In this document: one piece after another, positions 33,879 to 48,800 of the stretch | How the letters are laid out: each line of letters opens with the position of its first letter | Position numbering within the stretch: position 1 is the stretch's first letter | NCBI RefSeq assembly: GCF_006345805.1 | Contig: NC_042997.1 | Location: 132,122,001 to 132,186,000, forward strand | Length of the DNA stretch: 64,000 bases | Direction of reading: 5' to 3' | From: Octopus sinensis | Taxonomy: Eukaryota | Translations under genes and position numbers: made by a program | The notes under the pieces: model-generated | Told to the model about the DNA's origin: nothing | Database searches by the model: none | The model's input: only the letters and a program-made list of their open reading frames with translations

Positions 33879-36800
33879 GCACCCGGTGTGAAAAATGCAA
33901 AGGAAAATGTGTAGTAGGTGTAAATGTATCGTATATAAAAGGAATATGACGAAAAAAATGCGCGCTGACAAAGGGAGGGAGGGCCCCCCAAATTTCCCAA
34001 GATCAACCATACAAAATCCGAGCAGTAAAGCTCAACACCCGGTCACAGAAGTGAAACAGAAATCGTCTAATACTTCTAATGCAATGTATATTCAACAAAT
34101 ATTGAGACAAAGATGTGCTCTGACAAACGAGGGTGTGGGGAGGGGGCTAGGAAAATTCCAACGATGAACCCTACAGAATTCGAGCAGTAAAGCTGAACAC
34201 CCGGTCACAGAAGTGAAAACGAAATCGTCTAATACTTCTAATTTAACGAATATTCAACAAATATTGAAACAAAATGCGCGCTGACAAACGGGGGTGTGTG
34301 GAGGGGACTCGGAAATTACATACGATCAACCGAACAGAATCCGAGCAGTAAGGCTCAACACCAGGTCACAGAAGTGAAACAGAAATCGTCTAATACTTCT
34401 AATGCAATGTGTATTCAACAAATATTGAGACAAAACTGCGAGCTGACAAACGGGGTTGTGGGGAGGGGGCTAGGAATATACACACAATCCACCGTACAGA
34501 ATCCGAGCAGTAAAGTCCAACACCCGGTCACAGAAGTGAAACAGAAAACGTCTAATACTTCTAATGCAATGTATATTCAACAAATATGAAGACAAAAATG
34601 TGCGCTGACAAACGGGGGAGTAGGGAGGGGGCTAGGAAAATACAGACGATCAACCGTACAGAATCCGAGCAGTGAGGCTAATAACCCTTTCACAAAAGTG
34701 AAAAAGAAATCGTCTATAACTCTAATGCAATGCAATGTATATTCAACAAATATTGAGACAAAAATGCGCGCTGACAAACGGGGGTGTGGGGAGGGAGCTA
34801 GGAAAATGCACACGATCAAACGTACAGAATCCGAGCAGTAAAGCTCAACACCCGGTCACAGAATTGAAACAGAAATCGTCTAATACTTCTAATGCAATAT
34901 ATATTCAACAAATATTGAGACAAAAATACGCGCTGACAAACGAGGGTGTGGGGAGGGGGCTAGGAAAATTCCAACGATGAACCCTACAGAATTCGAGCGG
35001 TAAAGCTCAACACCCGGTCACAGAGGTGAAACAGAAATCGTCTACTACTTCTAATGCAACGTATATTCAACAGATATTGAAAAAAAAATGCGCGCTGACA
35101 AACGGGAGAGTGAGGAGGTGGCTAGGAAATTACAGGCTATCAACCGTACAGAATCCGAGCAGTATAGCTCAAAACCCGGTCACAGAAGTGAAACTGAAAT
35201 CGTCTAATACTACTAATGCAATGTATATTCAACAAATATTGAGACAAAAATGCGCGCTGACAAACGGGGGTGGGGGGGAGGGAGCTAGGAAAATACACAC
35301 GATGAACCCTACATAATCCGAGCAATAAAGATCAACACCCGTTCACAGAAGGGAAACAGAATCGTCTAATACTTCTAATGCAATGTATATTCAACAAATA
35401 TTGAGACAAAAATGCGCGCTGACAAACGGGGGAGTGGGGTGGGAGCTAGGAAAGTACACACGATCAAATGTACAGAATCCGAGCAGTATAGCTCAACACC
35501 CGGTCACAGAAGTGAAACTGAAATCGTCTAATACTTCAATGCAATGTATATTCAACAAATATTGAGACAAAGATGTGCTCTGACAAACGAGGGTGTGGGG
35601 AGGGGGCTAGGAAAATTCCAACGATGAACCCTACAGAATTCGAGCAGTAAAGGTGAACACCCGGTCACAGAAGTGAAAACGAAATCGTCTAATACTTCTA
35701 ATTTAACGAATATTCAACAAATATTGAAAAAAAATGCGCGCTGACAAACGGGGGTGTGTGGAGGGGACTCGGAAATTACATACGATCAACCGAACAGAAT
35801 CCGAGCAGTAATGCTCAACACCAGGTCACAGAAGTGAAACAGAAATCGTCTAATACTACTAATGCAATGTGTATTCAACAAATATTGTGACAAAACTGCG
35901 AGCTGACAAACGGGGTTGTGGGGTGGGGGCTAGGAAAATACACAATCCACCGTACAGAATCCGAGCAGTAAAGTCCAACACCCGGTCACAGAAGTGAAAC
36001 AGAAAACGTCTAATACTTCTAATGCAATGTATATTCAACAAATATGAAGACAAAAATGTGCGCTGACAAACGGGGGAGTAGGGAGGGGGCTAGGAAAATA
36101 CAGACGATCAACCGTACAGAATCCGAGCAGTGAAGCTAATAACCCTTTCACAAAAGTGAAAAAGAAATCGTCTATAACTTCTAATGCAATGTATATTCAA
36201 CAAATATTGAGACAAAAATGCGCGCTGACAAACGGGGGTGTGGGGAGGGAGCTAGGAAAATGCACACGATCAAACGTACAGAATCCGAGCAGTAAAGCTC
36301 AACACCCGGTCACAGAATTGAAACAGAAATCGTCTAATACTTCTAATGCAATATATATTCAACAAATATTGAGACAAAAATACGCGCTGACAAACGAGGG
36401 TGTGGGGAGGGGGCTAGGAAAATTCCAACGATGAACCCTACAGAATTCGAGCGGTAAAGCTCAACACCCGGTCACAGAAGTGAAACAGAAATCGTCTACT
36501 ACTTCTAATGCAACGTATATTCAACAGATATTGAAACAAAAATGCGCGCTGACAAACGGGAGAGTGAGGAGGTGGCTAGGAAATTACAGGCTATCAACCG
36601 TACAGAATCCGAGCAGTATAGCTCAAAACCCGGTCACAGAAGTGAAACTGAAATCGTCTAATACTTCAATGCAATGTATATTCAACAAATATTGAGACAA
36701 AAATGCGCGCTGACAAACGGGGGAGTGGGGAGAGGGCTAGGAAAATTCCAACGATGAACCCTACAGAATTATAGCAGTAAAGGTGAACACCCGGTCACAG

Positions 36801-39800
36801 AAGTGAAAACGAAATCGTCTAATACTTCTAATTATATGTATATTCAACAAATATTGAGACAAAAATGCGCACTAACAAACGGGGGAGTGGGGAGGGGGCT
36901 AGGAAATTACACACGATCAACCTTACTGAATCCGAGCAGTATAGCTCAACACCCGGTCACAGAAGTGAAACAGAAATCGTCTACTACTTCTAATGCAATG
37001 TGTATTCAACAAATATTGACACAAAAATGCGCGCTGACAAACGGGGGAGTGGGGGAGGGGACTAGGAAATTACACACGATCAACCGTAAGGAATCCGAGC
37101 AGTATAGCTCAACTCCCGGTCGCAGAACTGAAAACGAAATCGTCTAATACTTCTAATGCAATGTATATTCAACAAATATTCAGACAAAAATACGCGCTGA
37201 CAAACGGGGGAGTGGGGAGGGGAATCGGAAATTACAGACGATCAACCGTTCAGAATCCGAGCCGTAAAGATCAACACCCGGTCACAGAAGTGAAACTGAA
37301 ATCGTCTAATACTTCTAATGCAATGTATATTCAACAAATATTGAGACAAAAATACGCGCTGACAAACGGGGGTGTAGGGAGAGGACTCGGAAAATACGTA
37401 CGAACACCCGTTCAGAATCCGAGCACTGAAGCTCAACACCCGGTCACAGAAGTGGAACAGAAATCGTCTAATACTTCTAATGCAATGAATATTCAACAAA
37501 TATTGAGACAAAAATACGCGCTGACAAACGAGGGTGACGCGAGGGGGTAAGGAAAATTCCAACGATGAACCCTACAGAATCCGAGCAGTAGAGACCAACA
37601 CCCTGTTACAGAAGTGAAACAAAAATCTTCTACTACTTCTAATGCAATGTGTATTCAACAAATATTGAGACAAAAATGCGCACTGACAAACGTGGGTGTG
37701 GGGAGGGATCTAGGAAAATACACACGATCAAACGTACAGAATCCGAGCAGTAAAGCTCAACACCCGGTCACAGAATTGAAACAGAAATCGTCTAATACTT
37801 CTAATGCAATGTATATTCAACAAATATTGAGACAAAAATACGCGCTGACAAACGAGGGTGTGGGGAGGGGGCCAGGGAAATTCCAACGATGAACCCTACA
37901 GAATTCGAGCATTAAAGCTCAACACCCGGTTACAGAAGTGAAACAGAAATCTTCTACTACTTCTAATGCAATTTGTATTCAACAAATATTGAGACAAAAA
38001 TGCGCGCTGACAAACGGGGGAGGGGGAGGGGGAGGGGGCTAGGAACTTATACACGATCAACCGTAAGGAATCCGAGCAGTATAGCTCAACACCCGGTCGC
38101 AGAAGTGAAAACGAAATCGGCTATTACTTCTAATGCAATGTATATTCAACAAATATTGAGACAAAAATACGCGCTGACAAACGGGGGAGTGGGGAGGGGA
38201 TTCGGAAATTACAGACGATCAACCGTTCAGAATCCGAGCAGTAAAGATCGACACCCGTTTACAGAAGTGAAACAGAAATCGTCTACTACTTCTAATGCAA
38301 TGTGTATTCAACAAATATTGAGACAGAAATGCGCGCTGACAAACGGGGGAGTGTGGTGGGTGCTAGGAATTACACACGATCAACCGTACGGAATCCGAGC
38401 AGTATAGCTTAACACCCGGTCACAGAAGTGAAACTGAAATCGTCTAATACTTCTAATGCAATGTATATTCAACAAATATTGAAACAAAAATACGCGCTGA
38501 CAAACGGGGGTGTAGGGAGAGGACTCGGAAAATACGTACGAACAACCGTTCACAATCGGAGCACTAAAGCTCAACACCGGGTCACAGAAGTGGAACAGAA
38601 ATCGTCTAATACTTCTAATGCAATGAATATTCAACAAATATTGAGACAAAAATACGCGCTGACAAACGAGGGAGTCGTGAGGGGGCTCGGAAAATTCCAA
38701 CGATTAACCCTACAGAATCCGAGCAGTAGAGATCAACACCCGCTTACAGAAGTGAAACTAATATTGTCTACTACTTCTAATGCAATGTATATTCAACAAA
38801 TATTGAGACAAAAATGCGCGCTGATACACGGGGGTATGGGGCGGGAGCTAGGAAAATACACACGATCAACCGTACAGAATCCGAGCAATAAAGATCAACA
38901 CCCGTTCACAGAAGTGAAACATAATCGTCTAATACTTCTAATGCAATGTATATTCAACAAATATTGAGACAAAAATGCGCACTAACAAACGGGGGAGTGG
39001 GGAGGGGCTAGGAAATTACACACGATCAACCTTACTGAATCCGAGCAGTATAGCTCAACACCCGGTCACAGAAGTGAAACAGAAATCGTCTAATACTTCT
39101 AATGCAATGTATGTTCAACAAATATTGCGACAAAAATCCGCGCGCTGACAAACGGGGGAGTGGGGAGGGGAATCGGAAATTACAGACGATCAACCGTTCA
39201 GAATCCGAGAAGTAAAGCTCAACACCCGGTCACATAAGTGAAACAAAAATCATCCAATATTTCTAATGCAATGTATATTCAACAAATATCGAGACAAAAA
39301 TGCGCGCTGAAAAACAGGGGAGTGGGGGAGGGGGCTAGGAAATTACACACGATCAACCGTACGGAATCCGAGCAGTATAGCTTAACACCCGGTCACAGAA
39401 GTGAAACTGAAATCGTCTAATACTTCTAATGCAATGTATATTCAACAAATATTGAGACAAAAATACGCGCTGACAAACGGGGGTGTAGGGAGAGGACTCA
39501 GAAAATACGTACGAACAACCGTTCAGAATCCGAGCACTAAAGCTCAACACCCGGTCACAGATATGGAACAGAAATTGTCTAATATTGCTAATGCAATGAA
39601 TATTCAACAAATATTGAGACAAAAATACGCGCTGACAAACGAGGGTGTCGCGAGGGGGCTAGGAAAATTCCAACGATTAACCCTACAGAATCCGAGCAGC
39701 AGAGATCAACACCCGCTTACAGAAGTGAAACTAATATCGTCTACTACTTCTAATGCAATGTATATTCAACAAATATTGACACAAAAATGCGCGCTGATAC

Positions 39801-42800
39801 ACGGGGGTGTGGGGAGGGAGCTAGGAAAAGACACACGATCAACCGTACAGAATTCGAGCAGAAAAGCTCAACACCCGGTCACAGAAGTGAAATAAAAATC
39901 GTCTAATACTTCTAATGCAATGTATATTCAACAAATAATGAGACAAAAATACGCGCTGACAAACGAGGGTGTTCGGAGGGGGTCAGGAAAATTCCAGCGA
40001 TGAACCCTACAGGATTCGAGCAGTAAAGCTCAACACCCGGTCACAGAATTGAAACAGAAATCGTCTAATACTTCTAATGCAATGTATATTAAACAAATAA
40101 TGATACAAAAATACGCGCTGACAAACGAGGGTGTGGGGAGGGGGTGAGGAAAATTCCAACGATGAACCCAACAGAATTCGAGCAGTAAAGCTCAACACCC
40201 GGTCACAGAAGTGAAACAGAAATCGTCTACTACTTCTAATGCAATGTGTATTCAACAAATATTGAGACGAAAATGCGCGCTGAGAAACGGGGGAGTGGTG
40301 ATGGGGCTAGGAAATTACGCACGATCAACCGTAAGGAATACGAGCAGTATAGCTCAACACCCGATCACAGAAGTGAAAACGAAATCGTCTAATACTTCTA
40401 ATGCAATGTATATTCAACAAATATTGTGACAAAAATACGCGCTGACAAACGAGGGTGTCGGGAGGGGGCTAGGAAAATTCCAACGATGAACCCTACAGAA
40501 TCTGACACTAAAGATCAACACCCGGTTACAGAAGTGAAACAAATATCTTCTACTACTTCTAATGCAACGTGTGTACTCAACAAATATGAGACAAAAATGC
40601 GCACTGACAAACGTGGGGTGGGGAGGGATCTAGAAAATACACACGATCAAACGTACAGAATCCGAGCAGTAAAGCTCAACACCCGGTCACAGAATTGAAA
40701 CAGAAATCGTCTAATACTTCTAATGCAATGTATATTCAACAAATATTGAGACAAAAATACGCGTGACAAACGAGGGTGTGGGGAGGGGGCCAGGGAAATT
40801 CCAACGATGAACCCTACAGAATTCGAGCATTAAAGCTCAACACCCGGTTACAGAAGTGAAACAGAATCTTCTACTACTTCTAATGCAATTTGTATTCAAC
40901 AAATATTGAGACAAAAATGCGTGCTGACAAACGGGGGAGTGGGGGAGGGGGCTAGGAAATTATACACGATCAACCGTAAGGAATACGAGCAGTATAGCTC
41001 AACACCCGGTCACAGAAGTGCAACAGAAATCGTCTAATACTTCTAATGCAATGTATATTCAACAAATATTGAGACAAAAATACGCGCTGACAAACGAGGG
41101 TGTGGGGAGGGGGCCAAGGAAATTCCAACGATCAACCCTACAGAATTCGAGCATTAAAGCTCAACACCCGGTTACAGAAGTGAAACAGAAATCGTCTAAT
41201 ACTTCTAATGCAATGTATATTCAACAAATATTGAGACAAAGATGTGCTCTGACAAACGAGGTGGGGGAGGGGGCTAGGAAAATTCCAACGATGAACCCTA
41301 CAGAATTCGAGCAGTAAGCTGAACACCCGGTCACAGAAGTGAAAACGAAATCGTCTAATACTTCTAATTTAACGAATATTCAACAATATTGAAACAAAAT
41401 GCGCGCTGACAAACGGGGGTGTGTGGAGGGGACTCGGAAATTACATACGATCAACCGAACAGAATCCGAGCAGTAGGCTCAACACCAGGTCACAGAAGTG
41501 AAACAGAAATCGTCTAATATTCTAATGCAATGTGTATTCAACAAATATTGAGACAAAACTGCGAGCTGACAAACGGGGTTGTGGGGAGGGGGCTAGGAAT
41601 ATACACACAATCCACCGTACAGAATCCGAGCAGTAAAGTCCAACACCCGGTCACAGAAGTGAAACAGAAAACGTCTAATACTTCTAATGCAATGTATATT
41701 CAACAAATATGAAGACAAAAATGTGCGCTGACAAACGGGGGAGTAGGGAGGGGGCTAGGAAAATACAGACGATCAACCGTACAGAATCCGAGCAGTGAGG
41801 CTAATAACCCTTTCACAAAAGTGAAAAAGAAATCGTCTATAACTTCTAATGCAATGTATATTCAACAAATATTGAGACAAAAATGCGCGCTGACAAACGG
41901 GGGTGTGGGGAGGAGCTAGGATTCAACGACCCTACATACCGAGCCGTACAGCTCAACACAACACCCGGCCGGTCACAGAATTGAAACAGAAATCGTCTAA
42001 TACTTCTAATGCAATATATTCAACAAATATTGAGACAAAAATACGCGCTGACAAACGAGGGTGTGGGGAGGGGGCTAGGAAAATTCCAACGATGAACCCT
42101 ACAGAATTCGAGCGGTAAAGCTCAACACCCGTCACAGAGGTGAAACAGAAATCGTCTACTACTTCTAATGCAACGTATATTCAACAGATATTGAAAAAAA
42201 AATGCGCGCTGACAAACGGGAGAGTGAGGAGGTGGCTAGGAAATTACAGGCTATCAACCGTACAGAATCCGAGCAGTATAGCTCAAAACCCGGTCACAGA
42301 AGTGAAACTGAAATCGTCTAATACTACTAATGCAATGTATATTCAACAAATATTGAGACAAAAATGCGCGCTGACAAACGGGGGTGTGGGGAGGGAGCTA
42401 GGAAAATACACACGATGAACCCTACATAATCCGAGCAATAAAGATCAACACCCGTTCACAGAAGGGAAACAGAATCGTCTAATACTTCTAATGCAATGTA
42501 TATTCAACAAATATTGAGACAAAAATGCGCGCTGACAAACGGGGGAGTGGGGTGGGAGCTAGGAAAGTACACACGATCAAATGTACAGAATCCGAGCAGT
42601 ATAGCTCAACACCCGGTCACAGAAGTGAAACTGAAATCGTCTAATACTTCAATGCAATGTATATTCAACAAATATTGAGACAAAGATGTGCTCTGACAAA
42701 CGAGGGTGTGGGGAGGGGCTAGAAAATTCCAACGATGAACCCTACAGAATTCGAGCAGTAAAGGTGAACACCCGGTCACAGAAGTGAAAACGAAATCGTC

Positions 42801-45800
42801 TAATACTTCTAATTTAACGAATATTCAACAAATATTGAAACAAAATGCGCGCTGACAAACGGGGGTGTGTGGAGGGGACTCGGAAATTACATACGATCAA
42901 CCGAACAGAATCCGAGCAGTAATGCTCAACACCAGGTCACAGAAGTGAAACAGAAATCGTCTAATACTACTAATGCAATGTGTATTCAACAAATATTGTG
43001 ACAAAACTGCGAGCTGACAAACGGGGTTGTGGGGTGGGGGCTAGGAAAATACACACAATCCACCGTACAGAATCCGAGCAGTAAAGTCCAACACCCGGTC
43101 ACAGAAGTGAAACAGAAAACGTCTAATACTTCTAATGCAATGTATATTCAACAAATATGAAGACAAAAATGTGCGCTGACAAACGGGGGAGTAGGGAGGG
43201 GGCTAGGAAAATACAGACGATCAACCGTACAGAATCCGAGCAGTGAAGCTAATAACCCTTTCACAAAAGTGAAAAAGAAATCGTCTATAACTTCTAATGC
43301 AATGTATATTCAACAAATATTGAGACAAAAATGCGCGCTGACAAACGGGGGTGTGGGGAGGGAGCTAGAAAATGCACACGATCAAACGTACAGAATCCGA
43401 GCAGTAAAGCTCAACACCCGGTCACAGAATTGAAACAGAAATCGTCTAATACTTCTAATGCAATATATATTCAACAAATATTGAGACAAAAATACGCGCT
43501 GACAAACGAGGGTGTGGGGAGGGGGCTAGGAAAATTCCAACGATGAACCCTACAGAATTCGAGCGGTAAAGCTCAACACCCGGTCACAGAAGTGAAACAG
43601 AAATCGTCTACTACTTCTAATGCAACGTATATTCAACAGATATTGAAACAAAATGCGCGCTGACAAACGGGAGAGTGAGGAGGTGGCTAGGAAATTACAG
43701 GCTATCAACCGTACAGAATCCGAGCAGTATAGCTCAAAACCCGGTCACAGAAGTGAAACTGAAATCGTCTAATACTTCAATGCAATGTATATTCAACAAA
43801 TATTGAGACAAAAATGCGCGCTGACAAACGGGGGAGTGGGAGGGGCTAGGAAAATTCCAACGATGAACCCTACAGAATTATAGCAGTAAAGGTGAACACC
43901 CGGTCACAGAAGTGAAAACGAAATCGTCTAATACTTCTAATTATATGTATATTCAACAAAATTGAGACAAAAATGCGCACTAACAAACGGGGGGTGGGGA
44001 GGGGGCTAGGAAATTACACACGATCAACCTTACTGAATCCGAGCAGTATAGCTCAACACCCGGTCACAGAAGTGAAACAGAAATCGTCTACTACTTCTAA
44101 TGCAATGTGTATTCAACAAATATTGACACAAAAATGCGCGCTGACAAACGGGGGAGTGGGGGAGGGGACTAGGAAATTACACACGATCAACCGTAAGGAA
44201 TCCGAGCAGTATAGCTCAACTCCCGGTCGCAGAACTGAAAACGAAATCGTCTAATACTTCTAATGCAATGTATATTCAACAAATATTCAGACAAAAATAC
44301 GCGCTGACAAACGGGGGAGTGGGGAGGGGAATCGGAAATTACAGACGATCAACCGTTCAGAATCCGAGCCGTAAAGATCAACACCCGGTCACAGAAGTGA
44401 AACTGAAATCGTCTAATACTTCTAATGCAATGTATATTCAACAAATATTGAGACAAAAATACGCGCTGACAAACGGGGGTGTAGGGAGAGGACTCGGAAA
44501 ATACGTACGAACACCCGTTCAGAATCCGAGCACTGAAGCTCAACACCCGGTCACAGAAGTGGAACAGAAATCGTCTAATACTTCTAATGCAATGAATATT
44601 CAACAAATATTGAGACAAAAATACGCGCTGACAAACGAGGGTGACGCGAGGGGGTAAGGAAAATTCCAACGATGAACCCTACAGAATCCGAGCAGTAGAG
44701 ACCAACACCTGTTACAGAAGTGAAACAAAAATCTTCTACTACTTCTAATGCAATGTGTATTCAACAAATATTGAGACAAAAATGCGCACTGACAAACGTG
44801 GGTGTGGGGAGGGATCTAGGAAAATACACACGATCAAACGTACAGAATCCGAGCAGTAAAGCTCAACACCCGGTCACAGAATTGAAACAGAAATCGTCTA
44901 ATACTTCTAATGCAATGTATATTCAACAAATATTGAGACAAAAATACGCGCTGACAAACGAGGGTGTGGGGAGGGGGCCAGGGAAATTCCAACGATGAAC
45001 CCTACAGAATTCGAGCATTAAAGCTCAACACCCGGTTACAGAAGTGAAACAGAAATCTTCTACTACTTCTAATGCAATTTGTATTCAACAAATATTGAGA
45101 CAAAAATGCGCGCTGACAAACGGGGTAGTGGGGGAGGGGGCTAGGAACTTATACACGATCAACCGTAAGGAATCCGAGCAGTATAGCTCAACACCCGGTC
45201 GCAGAAGTGAAAACGAAATCGGCTATTACTTCTAATGCAATGTATATTCAACAAATATTGAGACAAAAATACGCGCTGACAAACGGGGGAGTGGGGAGGG
45301 GATTCGGAAATTACAGACGATCAACCGTTCAGAATCCGAGCAGTAAAGATCGACACCCGTTTACAGAAGTGAAACAGAAATCGTCTACTACTTCTAATGC
45401 AATGTGTATTCAACAAATATTGAGACAGAAATGCGCGCTGACAAACGGGGGAGTGTGGTGGGTGCTAGGAATTACACACGATCAACCGTACGGAATCCGA
45501 GCAGTATAGCTTAACACCCGGTCACAGAAGTGAAACTGAAATCGTCTAATACTTCTAATGCAATGTATATTCAACAAATATTGAAACAAAAATACGCGCT
45601 GACAAACGGGGGTGTAGGGAGAGGACTCGGAAAATACGTACGAACAACCGTTCACAATCGGAGCACTAAAGCTCAACACCGGGTCACAGAAGTGGAACAG
45701 AAATCGTCTAATACTTCTAATGCAATGAATATTCAACAAATATTGAGACAAAAATACGCGCTGACAAACGAGGGAGTCGTGAGGGGGCTCGGAAAATTCC

Positions 45801-48800
45801 AACGATTAACCCTACAGAATCCGAGCAGTAGAGATCAACACCCGCTTACAGAAGTGAAACTAATATTGTCTACTACTTCTAATGCAATGTATATTCAACA
45901 AATATTGAGACAAAAATGCGCGCTGATACACGGGGGTATGGGGCGGGAGCTAGGAAAATACACACGATCAACCGTACAGAATCCGAGCAATAAAGATCAA
46001 CACCCGTTCACAGAAGTGAAACATAATCGTCTAATACTTCTAATGCAATGTATATTCAACAAATATTGAGACAAAAATGCGCACTAACAAACGGGGGAGT
46101 GGGGGAGGGGGCTAGGAAAATACACACGATCAACCTTACTGAATCCGAGCAGTATAGCTCAACACCCGGTCACAGAAGTGAAACAGAAATCGTCTAATAC
46201 TTCTAATGCAATGTATGTTCAACAAATATTGCGACAAAAATCCGCGCGCTGACAAACGGGGGAGTGGGGAGGGGAATCGGAAATTACAGACGATCAACCG
46301 TTCAGAATCCGAGAAGTAAAGCTCAACACCCGGTCACATAAGTGAAACAAAAATCATCCAATATTTCTAATGCAATGTATATTCAACAAATATCGAGACA
46401 AAAATGCGCGCTGAAAAACAGGGGAGTGGGGGAGGGGGCTAGGAAATTACACACGATCAACCGTACGGAATCCGAGCAGTATAGCTTAACACCCGGTCAC
46501 AGAAGTGAAACTGAAATCGTCTAATACTTCTAATGCAATGTATATTCAACAAATATTGAGACAAAAATACGCGCTGACAAACGGGGGTGTGAGAGGACTC
46601 AGAAAATACGTACGAACAACCGTTCAGAATCCGAGCACTAAAGCTCAACACCCGGTCACAGATATGGAACAGAAATTGTCTAATATTGCTAATGCAATGA
46701 ATATTCAACAAATATTGAGACAAAAATACGCGCTGACAAACGAGGGTGTCGCGAGGGGGCTAGGAAAATTCCAACGATTAACCCTACAGAATCGAGCAGC
46801 AGCAGAGATCAACACCCGCTTACAGAAGTGAAACTAATATCGTCTACTACTTCTAATGCAATGTATATTCAACAAATATTGACACAAAAATGCGCGCGCT
46901 GATACACGGGGGTGTGGGGAGGGAGCTAGGAAAGACACACGATCAACCGTACAGAATTCGAGCAGAAAAGCTCAACACCCGGTCACAGAAGTGAAATAAA
47001 AATCGTCTAATACTTCTAATGCAATGTATATTCAACAAATAATGAGACAAAAATACGCGCTGACAAACGAGGGGTTCGGAGGGGGTCAGGAAAATTCCAG
47101 CGATGAACCCTACAGGATTCGAGCAGTAAAGCTCAACACCCGGTCACAGAATTGAAACAGAAATCGTCTAATACTTCTAATGCAATGTATATTAAACAAA
47201 ATACAAAAATACGCGCTGACAAACGAGGGTGTGGGGAGGGGGTGAGGAAAATTCCAACGATGAACCCAACAGAATTCGAGCAGTAAAGCTCAACACCCGG
47301 TCACAGAAGTGAAACAGAAATCGTCTACTACTTCTAATGCAATGTGTATTCAACAAATATTGAGACGAAAATGCGCGCTGAGAAACGGGGGAGTGGTGAT
47401 GGGGCTAGGAAATTACGCACGATCAACCGTAAGGAATACGAGCAGTATAGCTCAACACCCGATCACAGAAGTGAAAACGAAATCGTCTAATACTTCTAAT
47501 GCAATGTATATTCAACAAATATTGTGACAAAAATACGCGCTGACAAAGAGGGTGTCGGGAGGGGGCTAGGAAAATTCCAACGATGAACCCTACAGAATCT
47601 GACCACTAAAGATCAACACCCGGTTACAGAAGTGAAACAAATATCTTCTACTACTTCTAATGCAACGTGTACTCAACAAATATTGAGACAAAAATGCGCA
47701 CTGACAAACGTGGGTGTGGGGAGGGATCTAGGAAAATACACACGATCAAACGTACAGAATCCGAGCAGTAAAGCTCAACACCCGGTCACAGAATTGAAAC
47801 AGAAATCGTCTAATACTTCTAATGCAATGTATATTCAACAAATATTGAGACAAAAATACGCGTTGACAAACGAGGGTGTGGGGAGGGGGCCAGGGAAATT
47901 CCAACGATGAACCCTACAGAATTCGAGCATTAAAGCTCAACACCCGGTTACAGAAGTGAAACAGAAATCTTCTACTACTTCTAATGCAATTTGTATTCAA
48001 CAAATATTGAGACAAAAATGCGTGCTGACAAACGGGGGAGTGGGGGAGGGGGCTAGGAAATTATACACGATCAACCGTAAGGAATACGAGCAGTATAGCT
48101 CAACACCCGGTCACAGAAGTGCAACAGAAATCGTCTAATACTTCTAATGCAATGTATATTCAACAAATATTGAGACAAAAATACGCGCTGACAAACGAGG
48201 GTGTGGGGAGGGGGCCAAGGAAATTCCAACGATGAACCCTACAGAATTCGAGCATTAAAGCTCAACACCCGGTTACAGAAGTGAAACAGAAATCGTCTAA
48301 TACTTCTAATGCAATGTATATTCAACAAATATTGAGACAAAAATGCGCGCTGACAGACGGGGGAGTGGGGATGGGGCTAGGAAATTACACACGATCAACC
48401 GTAAGGAATCCGAGCAGTATAGCTCAACACCCGATCACAGAAGTGAAAACGAAATCGTCTAATACTTCTTATGCAATGTATATTCAACTAATATTGAGAC
48501 AAAAATACGCGCTGACAAACGAGGGTGTGGGGAGGGGGCCAAAGAAATTCCAACGATGAACCCTACAGAAATCGAGCATTAAAGCTCAACACCCGGTTAC
48601 AGAAGTGAAACAGAAATCGTCTAATACTTCTAATGCAATGTATATTCAACAAATATTGAGACAAAGATGCGCGCTGATAAACGGGGGAGTGGGGGAGGGG
48701 GCTAGGAAATTACATACGATCAACCGTAAGGAATCCGAGCAGTATAGCTCAACACACGGTCACAGAAGTGAAAACGAAATAATCTAATACTTCTAATGCA

